From Candidatus Wolfebacteria bacterium (GTDB lineage Bacteria; Patescibacteriota; Minisyncoccia; UBA6257; UBA9933), in contig JANLIR010000004.1 of assembly GCA_024654025.1 (NCBI GenBank), forward strand, positions 1 to 54,982: 54,982 nucleotides of DNA. The letters are read 5' to 3'. The translations under genes were made by a program, and so were the position numbers. Below, piece by piece: positions 7,763 through 17,332 of the stretch (positions are counted from its first letter, which is position 1; each line of letters starts with the position of its first letter). A model generated the notes under the pieces. That model was not told the origin of the DNA. It did not search any database and saw only the letters and a list, made by a program, of their open reading frames with translations.

Positions 7763-8572
7763 ATGATTATTTTACTCTACGGCCCGGACAATTACAGGCG
7801 AAGCCAAAAATTAAAAGAAATAACTCATAGTTATGAGCAAAGGCAATCTCTTTTTTCTCTGGAGCGGTTTGATTTTGATGACAGCGAGGAGTTCTACCGG
7901 TTTAAGGATTTTGCCGGCCAGCAGCTTATTTTTGAAGGAAAAAAACTCGCCGTATTGGAAAATGCCTTTAATCTTGAGGAAAAAGAATTAAAGTTGCTCA
8001 AAGAAGCTTTAAAAGAAAATGTTAAAAATGAAAACGTAATTTTGATCATTTCCGACAGCCGTGAACTTCCGGGCGAATTAAAATTTGTTTTAGATGAGGC
8101 TATCAAAACGCAGGAATTTTTGGATCTTGACGAGGAAAAAACGAAATTTTTTATGAGAAGCGAAGCGAAAAAGAGAGGAGTGGAATTTAGCTTAGCCGCG
8201 GAAAATTTTCTTTCCGCTTTTTTCAAAAACAACACCTGGGGTCTGATTACCGAAATTGATAAGCTTCAGTCCCTTCATCAAGAATCCGCCAAAATAGAAG
8301 TCAGCGATCTTGAAAGAGCCGGAGATTTTTTCAAATCTTCCGATATCTATAATTTCATAAACGCCGTTTCACGGAAAGAGAGCCCATCCGAAAAATTAAA
8401 AAGTTTGGAAAACCTTTTTTTGAATCACGAAGAACCGGCAATGATTTTTAATTTTCTGGCCGCTAGCCGTTTTTTAAGTTTTGATCTATTGAAAAAAATG
8501 GCCGACTACGATGTTTTGGTAAAGTCAGGCCGAATAGATTACGAAACCGCGCTTTTAGATGCCTGTCTTTGA
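7763..8572 (+). CDS. holA: DNA polymerase III delta subunit (HolA)-like
   Basis: The N-terminus MIILLYGPDNYRRSQKLKEI and overall helical AAA-lid-like pattern are typical of short HolA proteins. The call is moderate. Confidence 0.5.
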   Translation: MIILLYGPDNYRRSQKLKEITHSYEQRQSLFSLERFDFDDSEEFYRFKDFAGQQLIFEGKKLAVLENAFNLEEKELKLLKEALKENVKNENVILIISDSRELPGELKFVLDEAIKTQEFLDLDEEKTKFFMRSEAKKRGVEFSLAAENFLSAFFKNNTWGLITEIDKLQSLHQESAKIEVSDLERAGDFFKSSDIYNFINAVSRKESPSEKLKSLENLFLNHEEPAMIFNFLAASRFLSFDLLKKMADYDVLVKSGRIDYETALLDACL

Positions 8573-9139
8573 TTACTCAATTAGCCCGAATTCCCGAAAA
8601 GATTGCTGATAAATTTTTAAAACCCTAACTGCTTCTTCAAAAGTAATTTTAAAATCTTCTTCTTTGGCTCTAGCGGCAATTTTGTGGGCTTCGAGCAGTT
8701 CTTGGCTGTTGGTTATCTTTTCCGAAGTTAAATGACTCAAGCGTTCTTCCAGATCTTCTCCGGGATAAGCGCCGGCTTTTAGGACTTCGTCTAAAATTTT
8801 ATCCGCTTCCTCCAAGGCGATTTTTATCTGCGTTTCGTTTTTTGTTTCAAGGCGTTTTTTGATTGTTTTCCAGGCCTTTACGGAGTAGCGTTTTCCAAAA
8901 TCCCGAAGCCCGAAATATTTAACTTCCAGAGACGCTACTTTTTCATCAATGAGGTTAAGTTTTATAATATAAAAAACTACCAGCCAAACAAGAATGGCCG
9001 ATAAAATAAAAGCGATAAAATTTAACAGCCAAAGCTTATCTAGATAAAAATTAACCAGATTGGCAAAAAACTCCGCGATAAATTTATTGAGTGATATTAT
9101 TAATTCGTTCATATAATTTTCCAATTTCCAAAATATCAT
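8573..9139 (-). CDS. Hypothetical membrane-anchored protein (one or two N-terminal TM helices, helical C-terminal domain)
   Basis: An ORF with TM segment LLNFIAFILSAILVWLVVFYII and no recognisable catalytic motif. It overlaps the gatA 3' end; the true start may be the ATG at 9112 (MNELII). Confidence 0.5.
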   Translation of the reverse strand: MIFWKLENYMNELIISLNKFIAEFFANLVNFYLDKLWLLNFIAFILSAILVWLVVFYIIKLNLIDEKVASLEVKYFGLRDFGKRYSVKAWKTIKKRLETKNETQIKIALEEADKILDEVLKAGAYPGEDLEERLSHLTSEKITNSQELLEAHKIAARAKEEDFKITFEEAVRVLKIYQQSFREFGLIE

Positions 9140-10544
9140 TTTCTCTAAAATGTTTGCCTATAAGTTGAAATCCAACAGGCGGGCTCTCCATGGGCCTTGT
9201 CGGAATGGATATTGCCGGAAGCCCTGCTAAGTTTACAGGAATGGTAAATATATCCGAAAGATACATTTTTAGGGGATCATCGGTTTTTTCGTTAAAATGG
9301 AAAGCCGGAGTGGGAGAGACTGGAGTTAAAATAACATCAACTCCATTTTCGGACGAATCAAATGCCTTATCAAAATCTTCTTTTATCAATTTCCTCACTT
9401 TTTGGGCTTTAGCGTAATAAGCGTCGTAGTATCCGGAAGATAAAACAAATGTTCCTAAAATAATTCTTCTTTTAACCTCTGGTCCAAAACCCTCCCCGCG
9501 CTGTCGGAAATAAATTTCTTTCAAGCTTTCAGTTTGCGATCCGCGACTCGCTATCCGCGCGTATCTTATGCCGTCAAATCTGGTTAAATTAGCGCTTACT
9601 TCCGCCGGCATAATAATATAATAGCAAGAAAGAGCGTATTTGGTGTATGGCAAACTTATTTCCTTAAATTTTATACCGGATTTTTTTAGCGATTCAATTG
9701 CTTCGTTAATGGCTTTTGATGTTTGATTGTCTAGTCCTTCTATAAAATATTCTTTCGGTAAACCGACAACCAATTCTTCGGGTTTTTTCTGTTTGTAACC
9801 TGTCGTTTGCAGTTGTGCCGATGTCGCATCCATCGAGTCAAATCCTTTTATGGCGTTAAATAAGATTTCCGCGTCCTCGACTGTTTTAGTTATTGGCCCT
9901 ATTTGGTCTAAACTTGAAGCCATTGCCATCAGTCCGTAACGAGAAACTGCTCCGTAAGTCGGTTTGAGTCCCACTACTCCACAAAAGCTTGCGGGTTGCC
10001 TTATTGAGCCGCCTGTGTCTGATCCAAGCGCTGCCACAGCCATATCTGCTGCCACAGCGGCTGCGGAACCGCCCGAAGACCCTCCCGGCACTCGGCTTAA
10101 GTCGTGAGGGTTTTTTGTTTTTTTAAAAGCGGAATTTTCCGTTGACGAACCCATGGCGAATTCGTCCATATTGGTTTTCCCCAAAAAAAGAGCGTCTTCA
10201 TTTTTCAGTTTTTTTATAACTGTTGCGTCATAGCTGGCTTTGTAATTTTCTAAGATTTTTGAGGCCGAAGTGGTGATTTCGTTCTCAATCAAAATATTAT
10301 CTTTTATTGCCAAAGGAATTCCCGTTAGAGGGGCGAGTTTTTCTCCTTTTGCCGCTTTTACATCGGCCTCGCTGGCTTGTTTTAAGGCGGGTTCTTTTAG
10401 AAGCAAGAGATAGGCGTTTGTTTCCGGGTCCTTTTTTTCGATATATTTAAAATATTCTTCGGTGATTTCAAAAGCCGAGAATTTTTTTTCCGTCAATCCC
10501 TCACGGAAATTTTTAATGGTTAAATTTTTGAGATTCGTGTTCAT
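9084..10544 (-). CDS. gatA: Glutamyl/aspartyl-tRNA amidotransferase subunit A
   Basis: Amidase signature GGSSGGSAAAVAA, length 486 aa, and gatC immediately upstream. Confidence 0.92.
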   Translation of the reverse strand: MNTNLKNLTIKNFREGLTEKKFSAFEITEEYFKYIEKKDPETNAYLLLLKEPALKQASEADVKAAKGEKLAPLTGIPLAIKDNILIENEITTSASKILENYKASYDATVIKKLKNEDALFLGKTNMDEFAMGSSTENSAFKKTKNPHDLSRVPGGSSGGSAAAVAADMAVAALGSDTGGSIRQPASFCGVVGLKPTYGAVSRYGLMAMASSLDQIGPITKTVEDAEILFNAIKGFDSMDATSAQLQTTGYKQKKPEELVVGLPKEYFIEGLDNQTSKAINEAIESLKKSGIKFKEISLPYTKYALSCYYIIMPAEVSANLTRFDGIRYARIASRGSQTESLKEIYFRQRGEGFGPEVKRRIILGTFVLSSGYYDAYYAKAQKVRKLIKEDFDKAFDSSENGVDVILTPVSPTPAFHFNEKTDDPLKMYLSDIFTIPVNLAGLPAISIPTRPMESPPVGFQLIGKHFRENDILEIGKLYERINNITQ

Positions 10545-10566
10545 ATTCGCGCTAATTAGCGATTTA

Positions 10567-10863
10567 TTATTCGAAAACGGGAGGTATCTTCAAAAAATCA
10601 CCCTCTTTTTCAGGAAATGAATTTATGAGAATATCCCGATTTTTTACCAGCTCTTTGTTTGTTTCGTCTTCTCTTGTCGTGTTTTTTAAATCAGTTCCGC
10701 CAGCCATTGGGGGAATTTTTTCCGTGTCTAGTTCTCGAAGTTCTTCAAAAAAATTAAGGATTTTTTTGAGGTCCTCAACGAGCTTGTCCTCTTCTTTTTC
10801 GGTTATTTTTATTCTAGCCAAATCTGCCAGATGTTCCAAGGTTTTTTTGTCTATTTGAGTCAT
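10567..10863 (-). CDS. gatC: Glutamyl/aspartyl-tRNA amidotransferase subunit C
   Basis: 98 aa, with LADLARIKITEKEEDKLVEDLKKILNFFEEL typical of GatC, directly upstream of gatA. Confidence 0.88.
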   Translation of the reverse strand: MTQIDKKTLEHLADLARIKITEKEEDKLVEDLKKILNFFEELRELDTEKIPPMAGGTDLKNTTREDETNKELVKNRDILINSFPEKEGDFLKIPPVFE

Positions 10864-10906
10864 TTCTTAGTATTTTATATTTTTTAAGCATTTATGCAAA
10901 TAAAAC

Positions 10907-10960
10907 CCCCCGTATTGTAAGGCAAAAAAATAGGAAAGAAACACCTTTGTGATACGGGGG
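10907..10960 (-). terminator. Hairpin CCCCCGTAT/ATACGGGGG with T-run on the minus strand
   Basis: A 9-bp GC-rich stem with a large loop is followed on the minus strand by GTTTTATTT. It lies just downstream of the stop of 10988-11320. Confidence 0.5.
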
Positions 10961-10987
10961 TAGTGAATAAGGGAGGGGCGGGGCTTT

Positions 10988-11320
10988 TTACTTCGGCTCA
11001 GTCAAGTTTACGATGTAAACATCTTTACTGTCGGTGGTTTCGTGATTAATTTTAAGGTGTCGCAGAATTCTAATGAAGACTCCTTTTAAGTTCAACACAG
11101 CTTTTGTTTTGTCGGGTTCTTTTTTATAGTCCGCAAAGTGGACGTAGAGCTTCCCACATATTTCTTCCGAAGAAACAAGTTCAGAAGTAAATCCCTGGAT
11201 CTTACTCAATTTTTTTAATAAGACCACAATCTCTTGCGGGTTATCCTTGATCGTTGTCGAGTTAAAGCATTTTTTGGAACAAGTCGCCATTTGAGTAAAA
11301 AGACTTTGGGCTATTGCCAT
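10988..11320 (-). CDS. Hypothetical protein
   Basis: A 110-aa ORF with coding-like composition and no motif recognised. Confidence 0.4.
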   Translation of the reverse strand: MAIAQSLFTQMATCSKKCFNSTTIKDNPQEIVVLLKKLSKIQGFTSELVSSEEICGKLYVHFADYKKEPDKTKAVLNLKGVFIRILRHLKINHETTDSKDVYIVNLTEPK

Positions 11321-11399
11321 GATTCATCCCCCCTTATTTAGAGAATTTTATTCGAATATGCTTTTAAAAGAGTAGCAAGGTAATTTCGAAAAAACAAGA

Positions 11400-12239
11400 T
11401 TATTTTCTAATGCCAAAAATTTTAAAAGCGTTTTGAGTTATTTGTCCGCTTATTTCTTCAAGCGAGGCATTTTTTAACTCAGCCATTTTTTGGGCGGTTT
11501 CTTTTATGTAAGTCGGCTCGTTTCTTCTCCCGCGATAGGGTTCTGGCGCGACATACGGAGCGTCTGTTTCTAAAAGTATTTTTTCTAAAGGAATAAATTT
11601 TATAATTTCGTCAAATTGGCGATTGTAGGTGATTAACCCTCCGAATGTGAAGTAAAAACCCATTTCCAAAAGTTCTTTTGCGTCGTCAATAGTTCCGGTA
11701 AAAAAATGGATTATCCCCGGGGTAAAATTTAGTAGTTGGGAGCTAGTAGTTAGGACAGAGATTAAATCAGGAAAGGCTTGGCGACAATGAATCATAAGCG
11801 GCTTCTTTAATTCATCAGCCAACTTAATATGATTTATAAAAATTTCTCTTTGCTTATTCTTAATTTCCAATTCATTATTTTCAATTCTATAGTAGTCCAA
11901 TCCGCATTCTCCGATTGCCACGACTTTTTCGTTCAAGGCTAAATTTTTATAAAATTCATAATCAAAATCTTCACTTCTCGAATTAAAACCGTTTTCTCCA
12001 TCGATTTCTTGCGGATCTAAATAAACGCTGTTGGTGTGGATCGGGTGAAGTCCGACCGCGGCATAAACGCCCTCAGGATATTTATTCGCCAATTCCACCG
12101 CATTTTTAGAGGTGTCTTTTTGGCTGCCGACATTGGTTAGCCAAATATCGTTTTCTAGTGTTCTTTTTATAACTTCATCACGGTCTTTATCAAAGGCCGA
12201 AAATTGAAGGTGGGTATGGGAATCGAATAAGAAAGGCAT
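11400..12239 (-). CDS. tatD: TatD-family metal-dependent hydrolase/DNase
   Basis: Motifs DSHTHL, ECGLDY, HCR and ETDAPY. Confidence 0.88.
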   Translation of the reverse strand: MPFLFDSHTHLQFSAFDKDRDEVIKRTLENDIWLTNVGSQKDTSKNAVELANKYPEGVYAAVGLHPIHTNSVYLDPQEIDGENGFNSRSEDFDYEFYKNLALNEKVVAIGECGLDYYRIENNELEIKNKQREIFINHIKLADELKKPLMIHCRQAFPDLISVLTTSSQLLNFTPGIIHFFTGTIDDAKELLEMGFYFTFGGLITYNRQFDEIIKFIPLEKILLETDAPYVAPEPYRGRRNEPTYIKETAQKMAELKNASLEEISGQITQNAFKIFGIRK

Positions 12240-12262
12240 GGGGATAGAATTTGGGAAAACGA

Positions 12263-13699
12263 CTATTTCAGGCGGGGGAAAAGATTCTCGCCTTTTTGGT
12301 TATTTTGAATGCTGGTTAAAATTTTATCCGATGTTTTAGGAAGAAACGGCAAAAGAAACTCGGCGGATTTTTTAAGTATTAAAACCAAGCCGGTCAAAAC
12401 ATCTTTTTTGTTTTCGGGGTTTTCCCAGGGTTTTTCGTTATTGACTATTAAGTCGCCGTATCCGATAAGTTCCCATATTGCGGTTAGAGCTTCGTTGAGT
12501 TTAAATTCCTCTATTTTTTTATTAACGGCGCTCTCTATTTCTTTTATTTTTAAAATTATTTCTTCTTTTGGTTGGAAATCTTTTAGATCAATTTTAGTAG
12601 CCATTGTCAGGACGCGCGCGGCAAAATTTCCCAGTCCGTTGGCCAAATCGGAATTGTACCGTTCTTTGAGTTTTTCTTCGGTAAGGTCGCCATCGTCAAG
12701 AGTTGGTATTTCTTTTAAAAGATAATAACGTACCGCTTCGGCGCCGTATTTTTCAATCAACTCAAAAGGGGACATAACGTTTCCCAATGACTTAGACATT
12801 TTATGACCGTTTGAAGTGATAAAACCGTGGGCCACTATGGTTTTGGGTATTGGCAATTTTGCCGATAAAAGCATGGCTGGCCAAATCGCCGCGTGAAATC
12901 TCAAAATATCTTTTCCTATTAAATGAATATCAGCAGGCCAAAATTTATCAAATAATTCGTTTGAATTCGATCCGTATCCAATTCCGGTTATGTAATTAGT
13001 AAGCGCGTCGCACCAAACATAAATAATCTGGCTTTCATCGCCCGGCACCGGAATGCCCCAGGAAAGTTTTTCTTTTGGCCTTGAAAATGAAATATCTTCC
13101 AATCCTTCGTTTAGGAGCGAGAGAATTTCATTTTTGCGGGACTCAGGAACAATGTTTAGCTCTCCGGAGTTAATTTTTTCTTTTAACGCTTGGGAGTACT
13201 TAGAAAGTTTGAAAAACCAGTTTTCTTCTTCAACGATTTCGACCTCCTTCAAGTGAATGGGGCATTTATTTCCATCAATAAGAACCTTTTTGGTTTTGAA
13301 TTCTTCGCAACCAACGCAATAAAGGCCTTGGTATTTTCTTTTTTCCAAATCTCCGTTTTCCGCTATTTTTTCCCAAAGATTGGAGACTCCCGGCCAATGT
13401 TTTTCTTTATCCGTGGTTCGGATGAAATAGTCGTTGGAAATTTCTAATTTTTGGCAAAGTGATTTGAATTCGGCGCTGACCTCGTCTGCGAATTCCTGCG
13501 GGCTTTTGCCACTTTTCTTCGCCGCCTCATAAATTTTTTGGCCGTGTTCGTCGGCGCCGGTCAAAAAAAAGACATCCTCCTTTTTGTTCCGGTGATATCT
13601 GGCTAAAACGTCGGCCTGCGCGAATTCCAGAGCGTGGCCTATATGAGGGGAAGCGTTTGTGTAAGCAATCGCTGTTGTAATATAAAACTTCTTTTTCAT
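12263..13699 (-). CDS. metG: Methionyl-tRNA synthetase (short form)
   Basis: HIGH motif (SPHIGHALE), KMSKS motif and a CxxC knuckle (CVGC...CP). Confidence 0.92.
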   Translation of the reverse strand: MKKKFYITTAIAYTNASPHIGHALEFAQADVLARYHRNKKEDVFFLTGADEHGQKIYEAAKKSGKSPQEFADEVSAEFKSLCQKLEISNDYFIRTTDKEKHWPGVSNLWEKIAENGDLEKRKYQGLYCVGCEEFKTKKVLIDGNKCPIHLKEVEIVEEENWFFKLSKYSQALKEKINSGELNIVPESRKNEILSLLNEGLEDISFSRPKEKLSWGIPVPGDESQIIYVWCDALTNYITGIGYGSNSNELFDKFWPADIHLIGKDILRFHAAIWPAMLLSAKLPIPKTIVAHGFITSNGHKMSKSLGNVMSPFELIEKYGAEAVRYYLLKEIPTLDDGDLTEEKLKERYNSDLANGLGNFAARVLTMATKIDLKDFQPKEEIILKIKEIESAVNKKIEEFKLNEALTAIWELIGYGDLIVNNEKPWENPENKKDVLTGLVLILKKSAEFLLPFLPKTSDKILTSIQNNQKGENLFPRLK

Positions 13700-13740
13700 T
13701 AAAAAACTGTTAGTCGTAGTCGTTAGTAGTGGGTTATTAT

Positions 13741-14763
13741 TTAAACCGCGAGGCGCTGATGCCGGTGTTTTTTATCGGTCCAGTCGTTTATAAGCTCTTG
13801 AAACACGGCCGCCACCGGAATCCCTAAAATAAATCCCGCAAAGCCGGCAAGGGTCGCGCCTGCCAGAAGCGCGAAGGCGACAACAACCGGATGAATATCA
13901 ACTGTTCTTTTCATAACAATCGGAACTAACAAGTGGGACTCGGTTTGTTGGAGAATTACGAAAAGTATCATAACTTTGATCGCTAATGGCAGCGAAACGG
14001 GTACAGCCATCAAAAACGCGAAAATCCCAGCGACAATCGGTCCGATAAAGGGAATAATTTCCAAAAGTCCCGCCAAGAGACCTATGGCCAAACTGAAATT
14101 TACGCCCAGCGCTTTCATTCCCAAAAAAGTGGCAAAACCGATTATGAAGCTCAAAATAACCTGCGCCTGCAGCCATTTGCCTATTTTTTTCCTTGACCTA
14201 TGAAATACGTCAACCGCGTAATCTTCCTGGCTTGACGGCAAAATGGATCTTAAGAAATTTTCTACTCCGTCGCGATTCAATGCTAAGAAAAAGGAAACAA
14301 CAACGGTTGTTATTGCCAGAACGATATTTTTGAATATTGAAGGAATTAAACCGGTGATTGAAAGATCGCCGCTGAAAAACATGGAAGTCAAGCGGTCCAA
14401 AACTTCTCCTGCGCTTGCCGTTATTCTGGAGATTCCTGGGATTCCGGACAGCGCGTTTTGCATTTTATCGAGGTTGCTGAAAATATTTCTCAGTTCAATG
14501 ATGCTGATCGGTATTATAGTGTAAAGAATCACCGCGAAAAGAAGGAAAAATGTTATAAAAATGAAAATAAGCCCTAAAATTCTGGGGATTTTGCGTTTTT
14601 CCAGAAAGGTTAAAGGCGCGTCAATGGCTGAAGAAATTACTATGGCCAGAAGAAAGATCACTAAAATGTCGCGGACAAGGTAAAGAGTAATGGCTAAAAC
14701 CAGCATAAACAGGACTCTCCAAAGCGAGGTCCAAGTGATTTCTATGTGCTGGTTTTCTACCAT
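13741..14763 (-). CDS. AI-2E/PerM-family transporter
   Basis: Multiple TM helices and the conserved C-terminal pattern LLEIIPFIGPIVA. The start was moved to the ATG at 14763 (MVENQH), which removes the overlap with nifS. Confidence 0.7.
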   Translation of the reverse strand: MVENQHIEITWTSLWRVLFMLVLAITLYLVRDILVIFLLAIVISSAIDAPLTFLEKRKIPRILGLIFIFITFFLLFAVILYTIIPISIIELRNIFSNLDKMQNALSGIPGISRITASAGEVLDRLTSMFFSGDLSITGLIPSIFKNIVLAITTVVVSFFLALNRDGVENFLRSILPSSQEDYAVDVFHRSRKKIGKWLQAQVILSFIIGFATFLGMKALGVNFSLAIGLLAGLLEIIPFIGPIVAGIFAFLMAVPVSLPLAIKVMILFVILQQTESHLLVPIVMKRTVDIHPVVVAFALLAGATLAGFAGFILGIPVAAVFQELINDWTDKKHRHQRLAV

Positions 14764-14855
14764 TAAATTTATAATAATGCCTATGATTTTAAATAGCAAT
14801 GTTTTTAGTGTTTTTGGTTTTAAACAAGGTTTGAAACAAGCCAAATTTCGGTATA

Positions 14856-16145
14856 ATGAAAGAACATATGAAAGGAAAGCAATATTACTTTGATTACGCT
14901 GCCACAACCCCGCTTGATAAGTGGGTATTTTTGAAAATGAAGCCGTATTTTTCGGAAAATTTTGGAAATCCGTCTAATTTGTACGAATCGGGCCGTAAGG
15001 CTAAATTAGCAATTAGCGAAGCGATTAATAAAATAACCAAAGTTTTAAATTGCGCTCCGGGCGAATTTATTTTTACAAGCGGAGCCACCGAGGCTGACAA
15101 CTTAGCGATAGCCGGCATAGCCCGAGCTAATAAAGAATTCGGCAATAAAATAATTATTTCGGCCGTTGAACACAAAGGCATAATGTCTGTTTGCGACGCG
15201 CTTAAAAAAGAAGGATTCGAAATAGTAAAAATTCCGGTTGATAAGTTCGGAACAGTTGATTTAAAAAAATTAAAAAAAGAAATTAACTCAAAAACTATTT
15301 TGGTTTCCATTACTTATGCCGACAGCGAAACCGGCACGGCGCAACCGGTCGCAGAAATCGCCAAAATTATCCGAAAATTTAGGGAAGGAAAACACTCTAA
15401 ACCCTACACCCTGAACCCTATACCCTATTTCCACACCGATGCCAGCCAAGCTGCGCCGTATCTCGATATTAATATTGAAAATATAGGCGTGGATTTAATG
15501 ACTTTGTCAGCCCATAAAATTTACGGGCCAAAGGGAATCGGAGGATTATACATAAAGAAAGGAATAAAAATAAAACCGATAATTTTTGGAGGCGGACAGC
15601 AAAGTCTAAGATCAGGTACGCAAAATGTTCCGGCAATTGTCGGTTTTGGCGAAGCGATTATATTAGCGGAGAAAAATAAAAAAGCAGAATTTAAACACGC
15701 AAAACAATTAAGAGATAAACTTGAAAAAGGAATTTTTAAGATTATTCCTAAAGTCGTTTTAAACGGCCATTCTAAAAATCGTTTGCCTAATTTTTTAAAT
15801 ATTTCAATTTTGGACATTGAAGGGGAGGCGCTGTTATTATATTTAGATGAAAAAGGAATCGCGGTTGGCACTGGTTCTGCCTGTAATTCTGAAAATTTGG
15901 AGCCGTCGTATATTTTATCCGCTCTTGGCCGGTCGTACGAATATATTCACGGCAGTGTCCGTTTTACGATGGGGAAATATACGACAGATTCGGATATAAA
16001 CTATGTTTTAAAAAATCTGCCGGAGATGGTGAAAAAACTCCGCCAAATTTCCCCTTTGAATTTAAAAATAAAAAAACCTAAAAAAATTAGCCAGCTCAAG
16101 GCCTTTGTCGGAGGCAAAACCCCGCATTTTTTAAGAAGAAAATAA
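14856..16145 (+). CDS. nifS: Cysteine desulfurase (NifS/IscS class)
   Basis: DYAATTP, PLP lysine motif SAHKIYGPKG and the active-site loop GSACNS. The start is 14856 or 14868. It contains a ~16-aa insertion (FREGKHSKPYTLNPIP) and a basic C-terminal tail. Confidence 0.88.
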   Translation: MKEHMKGKQYYFDYAATTPLDKWVFLKMKPYFSENFGNPSNLYESGRKAKLAISEAINKITKVLNCAPGEFIFTSGATEADNLAIAGIARANKEFGNKIIISAVEHKGIMSVCDALKKEGFEIVKIPVDKFGTVDLKKLKKEINSKTILVSITYADSETGTAQPVAEIAKIIRKFREGKHSKPYTLNPIPYFHTDASQAAPYLDINIENIGVDLMTLSAHKIYGPKGIGGLYIKKGIKIKPIIFGGGQQSLRSGTQNVPAIVGFGEAIILAEKNKKAEFKHAKQLRDKLEKGIFKIIPKVVLNGHSKNRLPNFLNISILDIEGEALLLYLDEKGIAVGTGSACNSENLEPSYILSALGRSYEYIHGSVRFTMGKYTTDSDINYVLKNLPEMVKKLRQISPLNLKIKKPKKISQLKAFVGGKTPHFLRRK

Positions 16146-16148
16146 TAC

Positions 16149-16841
16149 ATGTCAAAAAAATCGTTAATCGCGAAAAAGAAAGGCCCGGACGTTGTCAATA
16201 AATTTACCGGCGGAAACTGGGTTTATACGAAAGAAGTAAAGGAGCATTTTTTCAACCCGCGGAATTTATTGTGGGAAATGCCTAAAAATAAATCTGGATT
16301 TGACGCTGAAGGAATTATCGGCTCGCCTGCATGTGGGGACATAATGAGAGTGTGGCTTAAAGTTGACCCAAAAAAAGACAAAATTATCGAATTTAAATGG
16401 CGGACATTCGGCTGCGCCAGCGCCATTGCCGCTACTTCCATGCTTTCCGTAATGGCAACCGAAAAAGGAGGAATGAAAATAGACAAAGCGTTAAAAATTA
16501 AGCCGCAAGACATAATGAAACGGCTTGGCGGTTTGCCGGATAGAAAAATCCACTGCTCGGTTTTAGGCGACAAAGCGCTTAGAGCCGCGATAAATGACTG
16601 GTTCAAAAAAACCGGCCAATACGAAAGAATTATTGTGGAAGGTTCGCGCGTGATTGACCCAAACACTAAAGTCACGGAAGTCGATATCGAATCCGCTGTT
16701 ATTGAAGGAGTCAAAACAATCGAGGACCTTCAAAAAAGGACAAAAGTCGGAATCGGCAACCCCGCGTGCCTCGACGAAGCCGAACAACTGTTAAGATTTT
16801 ACCGGGAGAAGTATTTTGGAAAAGATGGAAAACAAGGTTAA
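16149..16841 (+). CDS. nifU: NifU-type Fe-S scaffold: IscU-like N-domain plus BFD-like [2Fe-2S] domain
   Basis: GSPACGD, FGCASAIA and HCS are the three IscU cysteines. A C-terminal segment GIGNPACLDE is BFD-like. Confidence 0.85.
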   Translation: MSKKSLIAKKKGPDVVNKFTGGNWVYTKEVKEHFFNPRNLLWEMPKNKSGFDAEGIIGSPACGDIMRVWLKVDPKKDKIIEFKWRTFGCASAIAATSMLSVMATEKGGMKIDKALKIKPQDIMKRLGGLPDRKIHCSVLGDKALRAAINDWFKKTGQYERIIVEGSRVIDPNTKVTEVDIESAVIEGVKTIEDLQKRTKVGIGNPACLDEAEQLLRFYREKYFGKDGKQG

Positions 16842-17043
16842 AGAAATTTTGGAAAAAGTCAGGCCTTATATCCAAATGCATGGAGGCGACGTTGTGTTTG
16901 TGGAAATTAAAGATAACGATGTTGTTTTGCAGGTTTTCGGCGCTTGCAAAGATTGCCCTTTATCCGATTTAACTTATAATAAAATGATAGGAGGGCTTCT
17001 TAAAGAAGAAATCCCTGAAATTAAAAAAGTCGTAATAATATAA
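16816..17043 (+). CDS. Nfu / NifU C-terminal domain protein
   Basis: HGGDVVFVEI...GACKDCP is the CxxC motif of the Nfu fold. The probable start is the ATG at 16825. It overlaps nifU in another frame. Confidence 0.8.
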   Translation: MEKMENKVKEILEKVRPYIQMHGGDVVFVEIKDNDVVLQVFGACKDCPLSDLTYNKMIGGLLKEEIPEIKKVVII

Positions 17044-17051
17044 ATTTTAAA

Positions 17052-17312
17052 ATGGCAAACCAAAAAGAATATATTCGAAATCGCGCGGATTCAAATATAA
17101 GTAAAATCGTTATTGATCGCGATCTTTGCATTGGAGCGGCATCATGCATCGCTGTTTCCGGATCCACTTTTGAATTGGACAACGAAAACAAAGCAGTGGT
17201 AATCGGCGCTGATACGGCTGATGACGAAACATTAAAAATGGCCGCCGAGTCTTGTCCCACAAAAGCGATTTTGCTTTTTGATAAATTGGGAAAACAGATT
17301 TATCCAGCCTAA
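17052..17312 (+). CDS. Small single-cluster ferredoxin
   Basis: CIGAASC...ESCP cysteine pattern, 86 aa. Confidence 0.75.
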   Translation: MANQKEYIRNRADSNISKIVIDRDLCIGAASCIAVSGSTFELDNENKAVVIGADTADDETLKMAAESCPTKAILLFDKLGKQIYPA

Positions 17313-17332
17313 ATAAAACTTGAAAGGCAGTT

